From Cycas panzhihuaensis (taxonomy: Eukaryota > Plantae > Cycadophyta): a stretch of DNA of 64,000 bases. Of the stretch, positions 41,477 through 53,855 are shown one piece after another. Location: contig CM041465.1 in assembly GCA_023213395.1 (NCBI GenBank), positions 192,455,741-192,519,740 on the forward strand, written 5' to 3'. The position numbers and the translations under genes are program-made. The notes under the pieces are model-generated. The model was not told the DNA's origin. It saw only the letters and a list, made by a program, of their open reading frames with translations, and searched no databases. Each line of letters starts with the position of its first letter. Position 1 is the first letter of the stretch.

Positions 41477-41575
41477 AGGAATCCCACATGCATAATAAAT
41501 ATCCACAACAAACAAAATGACCAATAAGGATCCCACATGCATATTAAATATCCACAACAAACAAAATGACCAATA
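41477..41575. repeat. Tandem duplication, 2 x about 50 bp, in the F leader
   Basis: AGGA(A)TCCCACATGCATA...AAAATGACCAATA repeated. Confidence 0.9.
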
Positions 41576-43041
41576 TTACCATTAGTTTTGAATATGGCTC
41601 TTCAACATCTTCAGGTTGCCCCAATCTACAATCATATCTTCTCAACATAACCTTTCCAAAATCCTCTTCAAAATCTTGAAACCTTAACCTACTCAAATCT
41701 GCTTTGCAAGATCAATCCCACCATCCTGCTCTGATACCACGTTGAAATTAGTAGAACAAATCTAATACCATGTTGAAAATGGTGCTATTGGACATATAAA
41801 TGAAACGCATATGCATGAGGTGATAAAAGATGTAAACAATAAATGAACAAATCAAACAATGAAGTATGTACAAACACATAAGACAATAAGGCTTATGGGA
41901 AATGATCATCTTCAATTATTGCATTAAGTATAAATATATAGTTTAGTATATAATCACCTCATAGTTGTCCAATCACAGATGATAACCATTATAACCACCA
42001 CTAAAGTGATACATAGATACGTGTGCAGATGCACACACCTTAATAACACTAATTTAATATTACATGAGAGAGTTAGGGGGGCACCTTAACATTAACAGTA
42101 ACCTAACAATAAACATTACTTCAAACAAAGTATGTGTCTCCTTTGATTTGCCTCATCTATAGAAGAGCAATTCTAAGATAAGCCAAAGGATGAGTGATCT
42201 ATGCTAGTGTTATCCTCTATCTTAGACGAGGAGGGAGGAGGCATCAAGGTTGAAGAGGTCGAGCATGTTATGCATGACTAGCTTCAATGTATGAGGTCTT
42301 TCTAACCCATGCAAAAAAAGAACAATAAGAAGAGTTTGCTATAAACTTAAATAGGTAGACATTTTTTATTTCCAAGAAATTTAATGTGTTAGTAATAATT
42401 TTAGATTTGTTTTGTCATAAATTTGGCCAAATTGCATCCTTTTCACAATTGATCATCATGAAGGAAAAGATGGCACAACAATTTTGCTCAAATATAGGCT
42501 TACAAACAAGGTATTCCTTTCTAGATTAGAGTTAGGAAATAGATATGTTTAGCTTATGTTATATTTGGAAAGTCTTCTACATAAGGTTGTTAACATTTAT
42601 GCCCCTAACCTTCCCTCTAAAATAAAACCTCTTTGGTCTTGATTAAAGGGGAAACTCCCTAATGTTTCTTAGCATTTTTGTGGTAATTTCAATATGGTAT
42701 AATGAACTATTAATGAGATTGGCAATAGACCTTGTAAATGGCATCAAGATGAATATTTTGGATGGATGCATTTCAAAGCCAAGCTCAATTGTAGGATCCC
42801 AATGTTAATAGGCACAAGCAGTGTGAAAGTTGTGATCTTTGGTTCATGTGGTTTAACCTTCAATTGAAACATTATTATACTCTAAAAAGGTTGGACAGGA
42901 CCATGTTGACTAATGATAATAATTCTAAACTTCGTTTCCTAGGTGTGGTGGGCCCATCAAAATCTTAGATGACGCTACCTTGTTTGATTCATTTACAATC
43001 TCTTGTCTTTTCATGGAGGCAAAATAAGGGAACCACTCAAA

Positions 43042-43209
43042 AATTTTCATTTAAGCTCAATGCTATCCACCAATCAAATCCTAATTTTCATTTAAGCTCA
43101 ATGCTATCCTCCAATCAAATCTTAATTTTCATTTAAGCTCAATGTTATCCACCAATCAAATCCTAATTTTCATTTAAGCTCAATGTTATCCACCAATCAA
43201 AGTCTAATT
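43042..43209. repeat. Minisatellite, 4 x 41 bp, inside LINE ORF2
   Basis: Unit AATTTTCATTTAAGCTCAATGYTATCCACCAATCAAATCCT starting at 43042, 43083, 43124 and 43165. Confidence 0.95.
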
Positions 43210-45780
43210 GCCTTAGTTTGCATTAAACAAATTTGGCACCTTTCTCCATTCCTCTAATCCAATTTGCAATGGATTACTCAACAAGAAGAGGCCATCAATA
43301 GAACAACTTCATTTTTACAAGGATATGGGAAGCAAGTGGCCTCAATCATAAAATTTTTGAAAGGGCTAACACCAAAAAGTTAGTTGAAGTTAGATCTCTC
43401 CTTTTACAAAGCCCATTTTGACGAAACCCTAATCCCAACTCACTCATGACCTTCAAGTGATTGAACTCAAGAAAGGCAAGGGAGTCCAAGTCCATGCTAG
43501 GCTACACTATATAAAGAAGGAGATAGATGTTCAAAATTCTTTTTCCAAATATTAAAGTGCAAATGATCCTTCGAAAACATTCTATGACTCAAAATAGACG
43601 AGTGGGGATCACCTTCAAAGAGAACAATGCCAATGAATCTGTTAAATAGTATACTAGGGTTTTTCAAGCTCAAGGACCCACCCAAGCCATTGCAAATGCT
43701 CTCCAAGAATGCTTGCAAGTTGTCCTCACCAAGTTTAGCACCTTGTGGAGAGAATGTTTCAAAGCCCCTTTTAAAATGGAAGAGTTCTTTGATGCGCTTT
43801 ATGAAATGGCTAATAAAAAAAACCCTAGCACTAATGGATTCCCTTGACTTTTATAAGGCCATTTGGGATAACAACAACCTTATCCTCCTTAAGGCCCATC
43901 AAGAAACCCTTAGCCTTTGGTTCTATAAGCCTCATAATCAATAAGTAAATATTAGATTAATTCTAATTGGGAAGCTTATCTCATTACCAACTGGAGACCA
44001 ATAACCTTTTAAATGTTTCATATAAGATACTAGCTAATGCATTAACTAAGTACATTAGACATTCTCCCCAACGTTGTTAGGCCTAAACAAACGACGTTCA
44101 TCTAAATAAATACATTCTGGATAGATTTATTACTATTTGAGAGTGCATGGAATGAGCAAGATCCTCCTCTGTAGACATTTTGTTTATAAAAATTAACTTC
44201 GAAAAATCCTTAAAATACTAACTACTTTAAGTTTTGGAGAGAGGTTAGTTAGGTTGGTGCAAGTGCTCTTTGTTGATGCCTCTGTAAGCATAACCTAAAT
44301 GGTGTTGTGACTAAGTTGGGGGACTTCATAGATCTATTAAGCAAGTTTTCCCTCTTACTACTATTAGACTTAATGCTTATTCACCTACATTGCATTGCAC
44401 TATGTGCTTCATGCACCATATGCTAGATATTATAACTTAAGTTGAGGGTTTGAGTAAAGAGATTATCTTCGTGAGTAGATGAATTTTGCTTTACATATTT
44501 CGTGTGTTTCCTCATTGTGTGAATGCTTCTCCATGGATAGGCGTTAAATTTGTTGCTAACATTTGGTATTAAAGAAAATGCCTACATTATTATGCTTCTC
44601 TCACTTGGTGACAATCTTCACAATCCAAAGACAATCCAAGCATGTGTCTTTATTTTGCAAGTAATTTAGTGTTGGACCAATGTAGGGTCCCCATAACAGG
44701 GCTATGTTGTGCAAAGGAGAAAACATCAGTTTGTATAATAGAATAAAGAGTGTTGCTCAAGCTAGTGGCATCTCATTCAAGAAGAGTAGGCCCATAAAAA
44801 AGCATCTCATGGGAGAAGAAAAAACCCTTATTAGGGCATCCATTCATTGCATAGAGAAGTGATGGTAAAAGCATGCATTCTTTTGTTTCTTGTCTTTCAA
44901 ATTCAAATGTGGGAATGAACCATGGAGGGAAACTAACATTGTAGAAACTATTGATTGAAGGGAAACATGCAATGACACAGATCGACTAGTGCAAGGACAA
45001 AATAATATGTCACAAGAATGACTTAGTGAAGGGCAACATGAGACACTACAAATCAGCATGTGAAAGGGTGATGTGAGATGTTGCAAGACTAGCTTGTAAA
45101 AGGGTAATGCAAGTCAAAGCAAAGCAGGCCCATCACAAGGCAATGATTAGAATGACTAAAAAATGAGCTTAGACCAAAGAAACCCATAACAAGGCAATGA
45201 CGAAAAATGCCAATCCAATTGGCTCATCCATAAACAATTTGTTGATTCAAATTCCAATCTCAAACACAAAAACAAAGGTAAAATATTTTTCAAAATATTT
45301 GAAATTTTTATAAAGTTTGATTTAATCATAACTTTTTTATATTGTTACTTGAAATCTGGCATTTAGCCCCAAGTTATATTTGTGTTTGATCACATGATGG
45401 AAAGGTGCTAAGCCCATTTGTAGCCTCTTACCAATTTTTTAAATTTCAAAAGTATTTTCAATTGTAATTGTGATTATGTCCTCATTGGAGGTGAACACAT
45501 GGTTTTCCAACACTTACAAAGTGACCCAAGAGACCTGAGAGAAACAAAGCAGAAAAATTTATAAAATTGTTACTTCACGGTGTGCTTGGGGTGTTCAATG
45601 CCTGATTGATATTCATGAACTTGTCAAGCCTTTTCCAATGTTTTCTAATGTTCCCACCAAAGACCACTATACCCTTTTTTTTTTGCAATTATTATTAAAA
45701 AATTTGTAGGTGCAAAACATAAAGTGCAACATTAAAAACTTGTTTAAAATCATTAATTTAATGCTTTTGAAAACTTAGTT

Positions 45781-45963
45781 AGGAGAACAAGACATTATCA
45801 AAGTTGAAACCTCTATAGAAAACACAATATGCCTTGTAAATCAGCCTTCCCTTTAAAATTTACATCTTGACAATGCTAAATTTATTTGGGAGAACAAGGC
45901 AGTATCATAACTAAGACCTATGGGTAAAGCATAATATGCCTTGTAGATCAAGTTTGCCCTTTA
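45781..45963 (+). repeat. Two diverged copies of an approximately 75-nt self-complementary motif in the H leader
   Basis: GGAGA-ACAAGRCA...AATA-TGCCTTGT-ARATCA...CCCTTT at 45782-45854 and 45889-45962. Confidence 0.75.
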
Positions 45964-47578
45964 ATTTATGTGTTAAATATTAACAAACAATTGCAAACAT
46001 GTTAAAACAATCATAAAAAACTCACTGGCCCTAAAAACTATGTTGCAAGGAAACGCCAAGTAAAATATCTAATGACTATGAATGACCTATGGGGTTATGT
46101 TAATGGCATTACTATACAAAAACCAACTAATGTTATTGTATTAGCATAATTTGATTTAAAAATCAAAATCGCAACAACATTTGGATGCAAAGACACCTAC
46201 AAATGCTTAGGAGTCCATCATCGATTTATATGAACAAGGATGATGAAAGGGTTGTTTCACTAAAAACTTAGTTGTACAGCCTAAAGCTTACAGAGTCCAT
46301 AAGAAATCATATGCAAAATATAAAAGGAAATAAGAACCAACTATCTACAATGGGTGAATCAGTACCTAATAAAGACCTTGCAATTGCCACTCTAAAAGAT
46401 CTTCCAAAAGACAATGAGAACTTTATTACTAGTCTGACCATGGTCGACAAACTTGGCACAATAACGTTTAATGAGTTAGAAGGGCTTCTACTACAATGTG
46501 AACAATTGATCAAAAGAAATGAAGATGCAGAACCTTCAGGGGCATATGTAGCCAAGTTCAAAGCCAAAAAGCCCTTTGTACCATGTCAAAAGTACCAAAA
46601 GAAGAATGACAAACATAAGCTTCAAATTGATAAAGAATTCTCTAAGAGGTTTAAAACACTTAATTACTTTTTGTTGTGGAAAAACTTAACCACATGCAAA
46701 AAGACTACAGAAAGAAAGAATATGACTTAATGAGAAAAAAAACCAAGTGGAAGACAAGGACATGCAAGATGATATGGGCAAGGACATGACCACAAAGTTC
46801 ACTATGCATCTAAGGATGAACATTTGTTTGTAGTTGCATATCAATTCAAACATGTCTTAGAGGACACCTGGATTGTTGATAGAAATGCAACTTGCAACAT
46901 GATTCAAAAAACAAAGTGGCTAAAAGATATCAAACAAATTGAAGGTGAAACTTTGACATTTGGAAATAATCACTTTAAAGCTCCAAAGCCATATGTTTTT
47001 TAATGCAACCACAAAGGACCAAGTTTGACATGAAATAATAGGTCACTTCAACTATCATAGTCTTAAATTGATGTATATATTAAACATGGTGCATGGTTTG
47101 CCCAAAATAGCTATTGACAAATGGTTACATGAAGTATGTATAATTAAAAAATAACACAAAGACAGGTTTAAAAAAGATAATGCTTGAAAAATTAATGACA
47201 GATTCAAACTTGTCCATCCTTATCTACGTGGTTTGACGAAGGCACATTCACTTGAAAGATCCTTAAAATTTATGACATTTCTTAATGATTTCTCAAGAAA
47301 GGTATGGGTGTACTATCTAAGAAACAAATTACAAGACTTTGAATTCTTTAAGGAGTTTAAACAAGAAATAGAAAATGAAGCAAACCGAAAAATTAAGATT
47401 CTCAGGCCAAACAAAGGGGAGTACACATGTAAAGAATTCAACCAATTATGTAAACAACAAGGCATCTAAAGATAGTTCTCTAGCACCCACACACCATGGT
47501 AGAAAGGAATTATTGAAATGATGGATAAAACCTTACTGGGAAAAGCTAAGGACTGCTTGAATTTAAGAGCCTTGTAGA

Positions 47579-47809
47579 TTCCTTTTGGGGAGAAGCAATT
47601 AGGACTATGGGATATCTAATCAATAAAAGCTCCACAAACAATTAGGTACAAGAAATCATAGAAGGCTTAGACAGAACAAAAAGCCTACCGTTAGTTCCTT
47701 TTGGGGAGAATCAGTCAGGACTATGGGATATCTAATCAATAAAAGCTCCACAAATAATTAGGTACAAGAAATCAGAGAAGGCTTAGACAAATAAAAAGCC
47801 TACCATTAG
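47579..47809. repeat. Tandem duplication, 2 x 116 bp, in the H integrase
   Basis: TTCCTTTTGGGGAGAA... starts at 47579 and 47695. Confidence 0.93.
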
Positions 47810-48943
47810 AGCCTTCGAGTGTAATGCCTCCACGCACATTCCTAAGGAAACAAAAAAAAAAAAAAAATCAAATGTATTTTTCTTAACCATAAACCAAAAA
47901 ATCATATGTATCTAGAGATGTCATCTTTCAGAAAGGTAACAAAGAATTCGACTTGAGTACACCCCAACCACAAGAAGATAAGGGTAAAGTAATCATGGAA
48001 CTACAAGTTATCCATCAAATGCTCCTTCAAATCCACAATCCTGCCAACATCAATTGTAAAATACTTTGACCAATGAAGATTTTGAAATCAGAGTAATAGA
48101 AACTAGAAAGTTGCTAAAATGGTAACTAAAAGCAACTATTGAGACACAACATCCTAAACATGTTGGGAAGCAACAATTGAAAATAGCAACTCCACCTCAA
48201 GTGAACTATGCTCCCATGGCCAATGTACTTAGTTCTAATGCCCCTTCCACTTTTGAAGAAGCAAGCCAAGAAGAAAAGTGAAAGCATACCATGGTTAAAG
48301 AAATTCAGTCCATTAAAAAGAATGGCACCTAGTACTTAGTCAAATTACCCAAGGGTAAAGAGGACATTGGATGCAAATGGGTCTATAAAACCAAGTTCAA
48401 GACCAACGAAACAAATGGAGAGGCATATAGATAGATTAGTAGACAAAGGGTTCAAACAAAAATGAGGCATAAATTTTTAGGAAACCTTTGCACTGGTGGC
48501 CAAAATGATTACCATCAAAGTGGTTTTAGTCTTAGATAACAAAATAGAGGTGTCTAAGAAATTTAGTCCATTAAAAAGAATGACACTTGGGGTTCAAACA
48601 AATTACCCAAGTGTAAAAATCCCATCGGGTGCAAATGAACCTACAAGACCAAAATAAACATTAAGGGGGGTGTTAGACTTATTCACCTACATTGTATATC
48701 ATTATGTGCTTTATGCACTATGTTAAATATTATAACTTTACATTATAACATTGTAACTTAAATTGAGGGTTATGAACCCATTCCCTTTTGTGTGCATGTT
48801 GGACACTTGTCATACTTGTCCCACAGATAGTCAACAACTATTTTGCTAATGGCCTTCTCTTAATAGTGGGGACTGATTTAGAACATGTTAACCAAAATTA
48901 GAAGGCCATCCAAATCTTTTGCCTACCCTCTAGTTACAAAATC

Positions 48944-51811
48944 TGTTGGAAAACACCACATATGCAAATAGGTACAATATCCTTTATGAACACAACAGAC
49001 TTGAAGAGAACACACACATGGGACAAACAGATTTGACGTGGGAGGGAACCCTTGCAGAAAAAACCCACCACAAACACACAAAGTAATCTTCAGTAAGAGC
49101 TTGGTGAACACGTCTTCAAGTTGATCTCCACTTAGACGAAACTCAACCCACATCTTTCCTTATCTGATCTGCTCTTGGATGTAATGGTGTTATGCCTCAT
49201 ATGCACATGATTCTTTGGAAATACTCTAACAGTCCCTACAACCATACAACTCTCTCTCACACCGACACTTTAATCCATAGAACTCAGCCATTTTCCTTCA
49301 CTAAACTAAGAGGTTGAACCACTTGAGCCATGTAAATCTCCTCTTCAAATTTCTGTTAAGGAATGCTAACATGATGTGAATCCCAACTATATGTAGCTGC
49401 CAAAGTAAGGAACAATCGGAACAAAAACAACATAGAGACTGGTACAAATGTCTCCTCATACCTGATTACTTCTTTTTGTTATCTCAAATGCAACTCTCCA
49501 TTGTGAATATTCTTTCACTAAAATCATTGGTGTCTACCACAAATTTGACTGGCATGCTAATCCTTGATCTTCAATCATCCTCTAAGTTTTCAATTGTTAA
49601 TGGAATACGGGTTGCAATCTGTGTCTCTTCTTGCAACAACTCTTCATCATCACTCCCACTAGGTCCTACTTCCATATCAAACATAATATTAGGTAGACAA
49701 ACCTCTACACTTGCTGAACCACAACTCAGAAAGGGAAGAAATGAAGGATAAAACCTATATTTAAATGACATTCAACATGATATGTCATTAACTCTTGAAC
49801 TTGACATCTAGACTAATCGCAATGCTCTTCCCCCTATAGATCACATTGTTTGTAAATTTTATTCATAAAACCCATACAAACACTCCAAATTATTGCAATC
49901 CTGCTGCTGCGATCCTCGTCTAAGATGTGTGCACTCCAATGCACCTCAATATCAAATGGAAGATTTCTGACTGGTCCAACATAACATGGAGAATATGCCA
50001 CGAACAACCTTAGCAAGAGCCTTGTTACATAGATGTCGCAACAACTTCTGCCACAAAACATGGCAGGTAAACTCTATCATAGCACTATTCTTCACTTGCA
50101 ACCCAATCTTACGGGGTACATAGGACATCCAACTCTTGTTTCATACTATGACAAAAGCAGAATTGATTTTAAGGCTTCTCATCATAGACCTTTCCATTCA
50201 CACTTCAATTTTATCATATCTGCATCATGGTACTATTCTTCACTTGCAACCCAATCTTACAGGATACATAGGACATCCAACTCTTGTTTCATACTATGAC
50301 AAAGGCAGAATTGATTTTAAGGCTTCTCATCATGGACCTTTCCATTCACACTTCAATTTTATCACAAGTACACTATCAGTTCTACATCAGATTTGTTCAG
50401 ATATGCACACAAGTTGAACTAAGATCCAACAGGCAATAAACCCTCATGCTAATACCATTTCAATCACCCAAAGTTTAACGGTCCACCAACAAACTAATAA
50501 CCACTTATACAAATAGGGCACAAAATTGCAATTTTGAACCACTTCACCATACACACTTGATGTAACATAAATATCACCAATTAAGAGTGCAAACTAAACA
50601 CTCACTTTGCCACTAAATCATCACCATGTACATGTCACATAATGCCATCATACTCAAGACATAATAGAAAGAATACATGCCCACTAGCACACAACATGGC
50701 ACCACATCCAATGATACCAGAAAAGGTGATTTAATATATCTAAGGCTAAATATCAAATAAAAAGCCACTTAATATATTAATCAACTCCCAACTTTATGCA
50801 TGGACAACCTTTCTTAAATATATCAAAGTAATTTAAAAAATGGAAAAATGATATCATAAGGGCAACTTCATATAATGCGACTCGACAACTTGATTATTCA
50901 CAGTTGCACATTATTTCAAAGGATGGTTGAATATTACAATGGAGATTAATATATCAATTCAGGCAAATAAAAATTCATCTAGTTGAGGTGAATATATATA
51001 TATATATATATTAAACAGTAGCTAAAAAAATCAAACCACGATCAAATATATTCTCTTGCGACTTTATCAAATGCAAAATATAACGACGATTTCAAAATAA
51101 ATTCATAATGGCAATCTTCATATATTATCTCACACGACTGTATATAATGGCAAACATTGATGGATGGATGATTAAATCATCATGCAGGCGATTGAATTCT
51201 CAATCATAAGTATTTCCCACAGCAAAATCAACAACAAGCGATTTAAATAATCACATTCAATGGTGGTAGGCCACTATATGATACATTAGGTGATCAATAA
51301 TACAACAATTGAATATATATTATATACTATGCCTTTAATTAATCAAACGAGCGAACAAAAATTATAGAGAATACCATAGTTTGGTGACCTACAACCTACG
51401 CACTTATGCAGCAATCTGAGAAACACTCCAGATCGATCTTTGCATCCTCTGATAATCTCACAATCACCACGACTCACGAGGATAGCTCCAACATCAACAA
51501 TGGCATCAAGGGCTGCAACAAGCTCATCAACGACTTGCAAACTCCATGGTTTCACTACAAACTTAGTGGCACTCTCAATAATTAGATCTGACACCTTCCG
51601 CATGGTCAAAACAGGCATCAACGGTTGTCACATTTTTCCAAATCTATCATATTACAATACAATGAACTTTGATCTATATTTATAGATGAGTGTGTCGAAT
51701 ATACAATGACTTACATCTGTCAGCTCATTACATCGTAATAATATCAATATTTTCCGTACAATAATTCACCACATTAATGTTAGTCAGAATGAAGATAATG
51801 TCACTCCAACA
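48944..51811 (-). mobile_element. Element C: non-autonomous Copia derivative related to A, with half-LTRs at each end
   Basis: TGTTGGA...TCCAACA termini; TSD AAATC (48939-48943, 51812-51816). The LINE frame continues across it (FCLPSSYKI|QWQKT). Internal 49100-50500 is colinear with A 9760-11000. Confidence 0.85.
50076..50364. repeat. Tandem duplication, 2 x 148 bp, in element C
   Basis: ATCAT...ACTATTCTTCACTTGCAACCC...AATTTTATCA starts at 50076 and 50224. Confidence 0.95.
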
Positions 51812-53855
51812 AAATCCAGTGGCAAAAGACTACCTATTTTTTGTAATTCCCTAATGATTTATCAAACTAGGCTAAACAATTCAAGGGGACTTGGATTAGG
51901 CCAAGTAATACTTTCAAGTTCTTGAGCATTCTCTATAGGTTTCAAGTCTATCTTAAAGACATGTGAGAATGTCTAATCAACAAGGTGGAAAAAAAAGCTT
52001 AACATGTTGAACTCCAAACCCTTGTCTCTTGTCGAGAGATACAAGGCTTGCACCAAAGTGCTAGTTACCATGCATGTCTATAATGCTACTTGCAATAGGT
52101 GCATTAAACTACTCAAAACTATATACGTGGTCCCTCGATAAAAATAGGAAGGGTTCAATACAATGAAATAGGCTATGTTATTAAGAAAAAACCAAGGTGG
52201 GGTTAAGAATTATTGACAATAAGAAGCAAGGACTTGTGTTATGTGCCATACGAATAGTCAATGCCAAAGAGGGTGATAAAGCCTGGAAAATTTGATCATA
52301 CATAACCTTGGTTGGGTCTTACTCCAAGATCAACACCCTAATCTCTCTCTGCCACCATTAAGGTGGCCTATTCTTGTTTAGTTAAGAGCATATGAATTAG
52401 GACGCCTAGAAGAATTTCTTGAATTGGTTGGGGGATGAAGATAGAAGGGTTCTCTCTACTGGGGAACACTTCATTTGATGATTGCCCCTACTTCATTAGG
52501 ATGGCTATTGCTTGCATCAAAATCCCTAATGTAAAGTAAAAATGCTCAACAATAGAGGTCCCAAGTTGGTCAAACAACTATTTGATTAGGCAAGAGGGAG
52601 GTGGCAATCATTGACTAATATCAAATAAGAGTTCTACACCAAAGGTTTAAAAAAGTTTATCTTAAAGGGAATCTAGAGTTGCTTTCTTGCACCATAGATA
52701 AAGTCTAGATACAAGTGCTTAGAGTAAATGGTGGAAGGGCGTAGAATTGCTCCAAATCTTTTTTAAACTTGTCCCCCTCCCATTTACGTAAGTCCCTCTC
52801 CCTTCCTTTGTAAGTAATTAGAATGCTTTAATAAGACCTGAAAATGCAATAATAGTGAGGGAGCTTGGAGTAGAAGATTTGAAAGGTTGCAGCAAGCCGC
52901 TCTTGGACCCAAAAAGGCCTTCTTTGTTGGGTTTTCAATTCATATTTGGATGACTATGAAATCCTAGGTGAACCAATTTAAGCACGTTGACCTAACTTAT
53001 CCCATAAGAGGGCAATTAGAAACTTACGCATTTGTTTTGCTATTGTTTGTAAACCAGGTCTACTTCGTCATGGATGCATGTGTCTAATAAGCTTGTCATC
53101 TCAAGGTTTTTGGATGGAATGTTGCACTTCTAGGGGATAATAAATCATTCTCCCAGACTTTCACTCTTGTTTGGGACATTCTCACGGTGAGGGTACCATA
53201 ATGCATATGGAAACATAGATATGCTTCTTTTGGCGCTCAAACTCCTTTAATTATTTTTTTTTATTGATATAACGCGGTCCATGGTATAGCTTGATTGTGC
53301 TCTACAGATTAGTATGCAGGCAGACAAGGTCCAAGTCGAACTCTCCCATCTCCTTGAGTTCATTGATCATTGGTGGTTAACACTATACACTGTGGGTCGG
53401 ATGGCCCCTTAAACAGGAAGCTCCCATCACAATCTGAGCTTCAGGCCAAAGCAGGAGCAGGCCACAGTGACAACAGTCCCTACCGAGTCATTCTCGGGGC
53501 AGATAACCCCTCTGGAAAGAGGGGTCCCCTCCACCACAGCCCCTTTCCAACACAAGCCGGAATCGACCTCAGTCCCAGCAGCAACAACAGTCAGCCATAG
53601 ATGAGCAATCCCACAGTCCACAACAAACTCAGCCAATTGAAGTAGGAGGATTGCCATGACAAAAGTGATAACAAGGGGCAGCCAAGCTCCTGCCTCATGA
53701 GTCTTTGCTATTCTCCATACATCTGCTTCTGCTGGATCTTCTATATTTTATATTATAGCCCAAGAGAGCCGAGCTTTACGTTTTCTAATAATTTCAAGGA
53801 CCATTCTTTCCCTACACACACAGACATATCCAAGAATAGAGATAAAGGGAATTAC

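Larger units (their letters stand above)
38812..42127 (-). mobile_element. Element F: non-autonomous LTR element of the D family (LTRs 38812-39205 and 41740-42127)
   Basis: Paired LTRs; perfect PBS complement GCTCTGATACCA at 41728-41739; C-rich PPT complement after 39205; near-TSD AAGC/AAGT; eroded pol scraps 39620-40270. Confidence 0.85.
44362..48836 (+). mobile_element. Element H: internally deleted Copia (LTRs 44362-44561 and 48671-48836, each partly deleted)
   Basis: TSD ACTAC/ACTAT; PBS TGGTATTAAAG at 44564; PPT AAGGGGGG at 48663-48670. Gag 46000-46730, integrase (FLNDFSRKVWVY) 47230-47950, RT start 48230-48540. Most of RT and RNase H missing. Confidence 0.85.
37740..52950 (+). mobile_element. 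Degenerate L1-type LINE (ORF1 and ORF2) interrupted by LTR elements F, H and C
   Basis: ORF1 motifs VCARVDLSKEL and CFICHSKDHHIQDCP (38390-38545). Endonuclease VVNIYAPN and KRLDR (42580-42900). RT NWRPIT and NVSYKILANAL (43990-44045), FANG for FADD (about 48842). LINKVEKK...KPLSLVERY (51970-52040). Ends approximate. Confidence 0.85.

Noticed and set aside
43042-43209. Regular 41-bp repeats as a CRISPR-like array
   Set aside because: Head-to-tail with no spacers, inside LINE ORF2 of a plant genome.
45781-45963. Tandem motif as a glycine or TPP riboswitch
   Set aside because: Only superficial GGAGA/TCAG matches; the conserved aptamer cores are absent.
53590-53660. TCATGG (Ser-Trp) after a pyrimidine tract as eIF2B alpha exon 2
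   Set aside because: No AG acceptor, and the following peptide (SWQSSYFNWL) does not match the conserved exon 2.
53748-53855. C-terminal 35 aa of the 162-aa ORF as genuine eIF2B alpha sequence
   Set aside because: Similarity stops at a canonical GT donor; this is most likely intron read-through.
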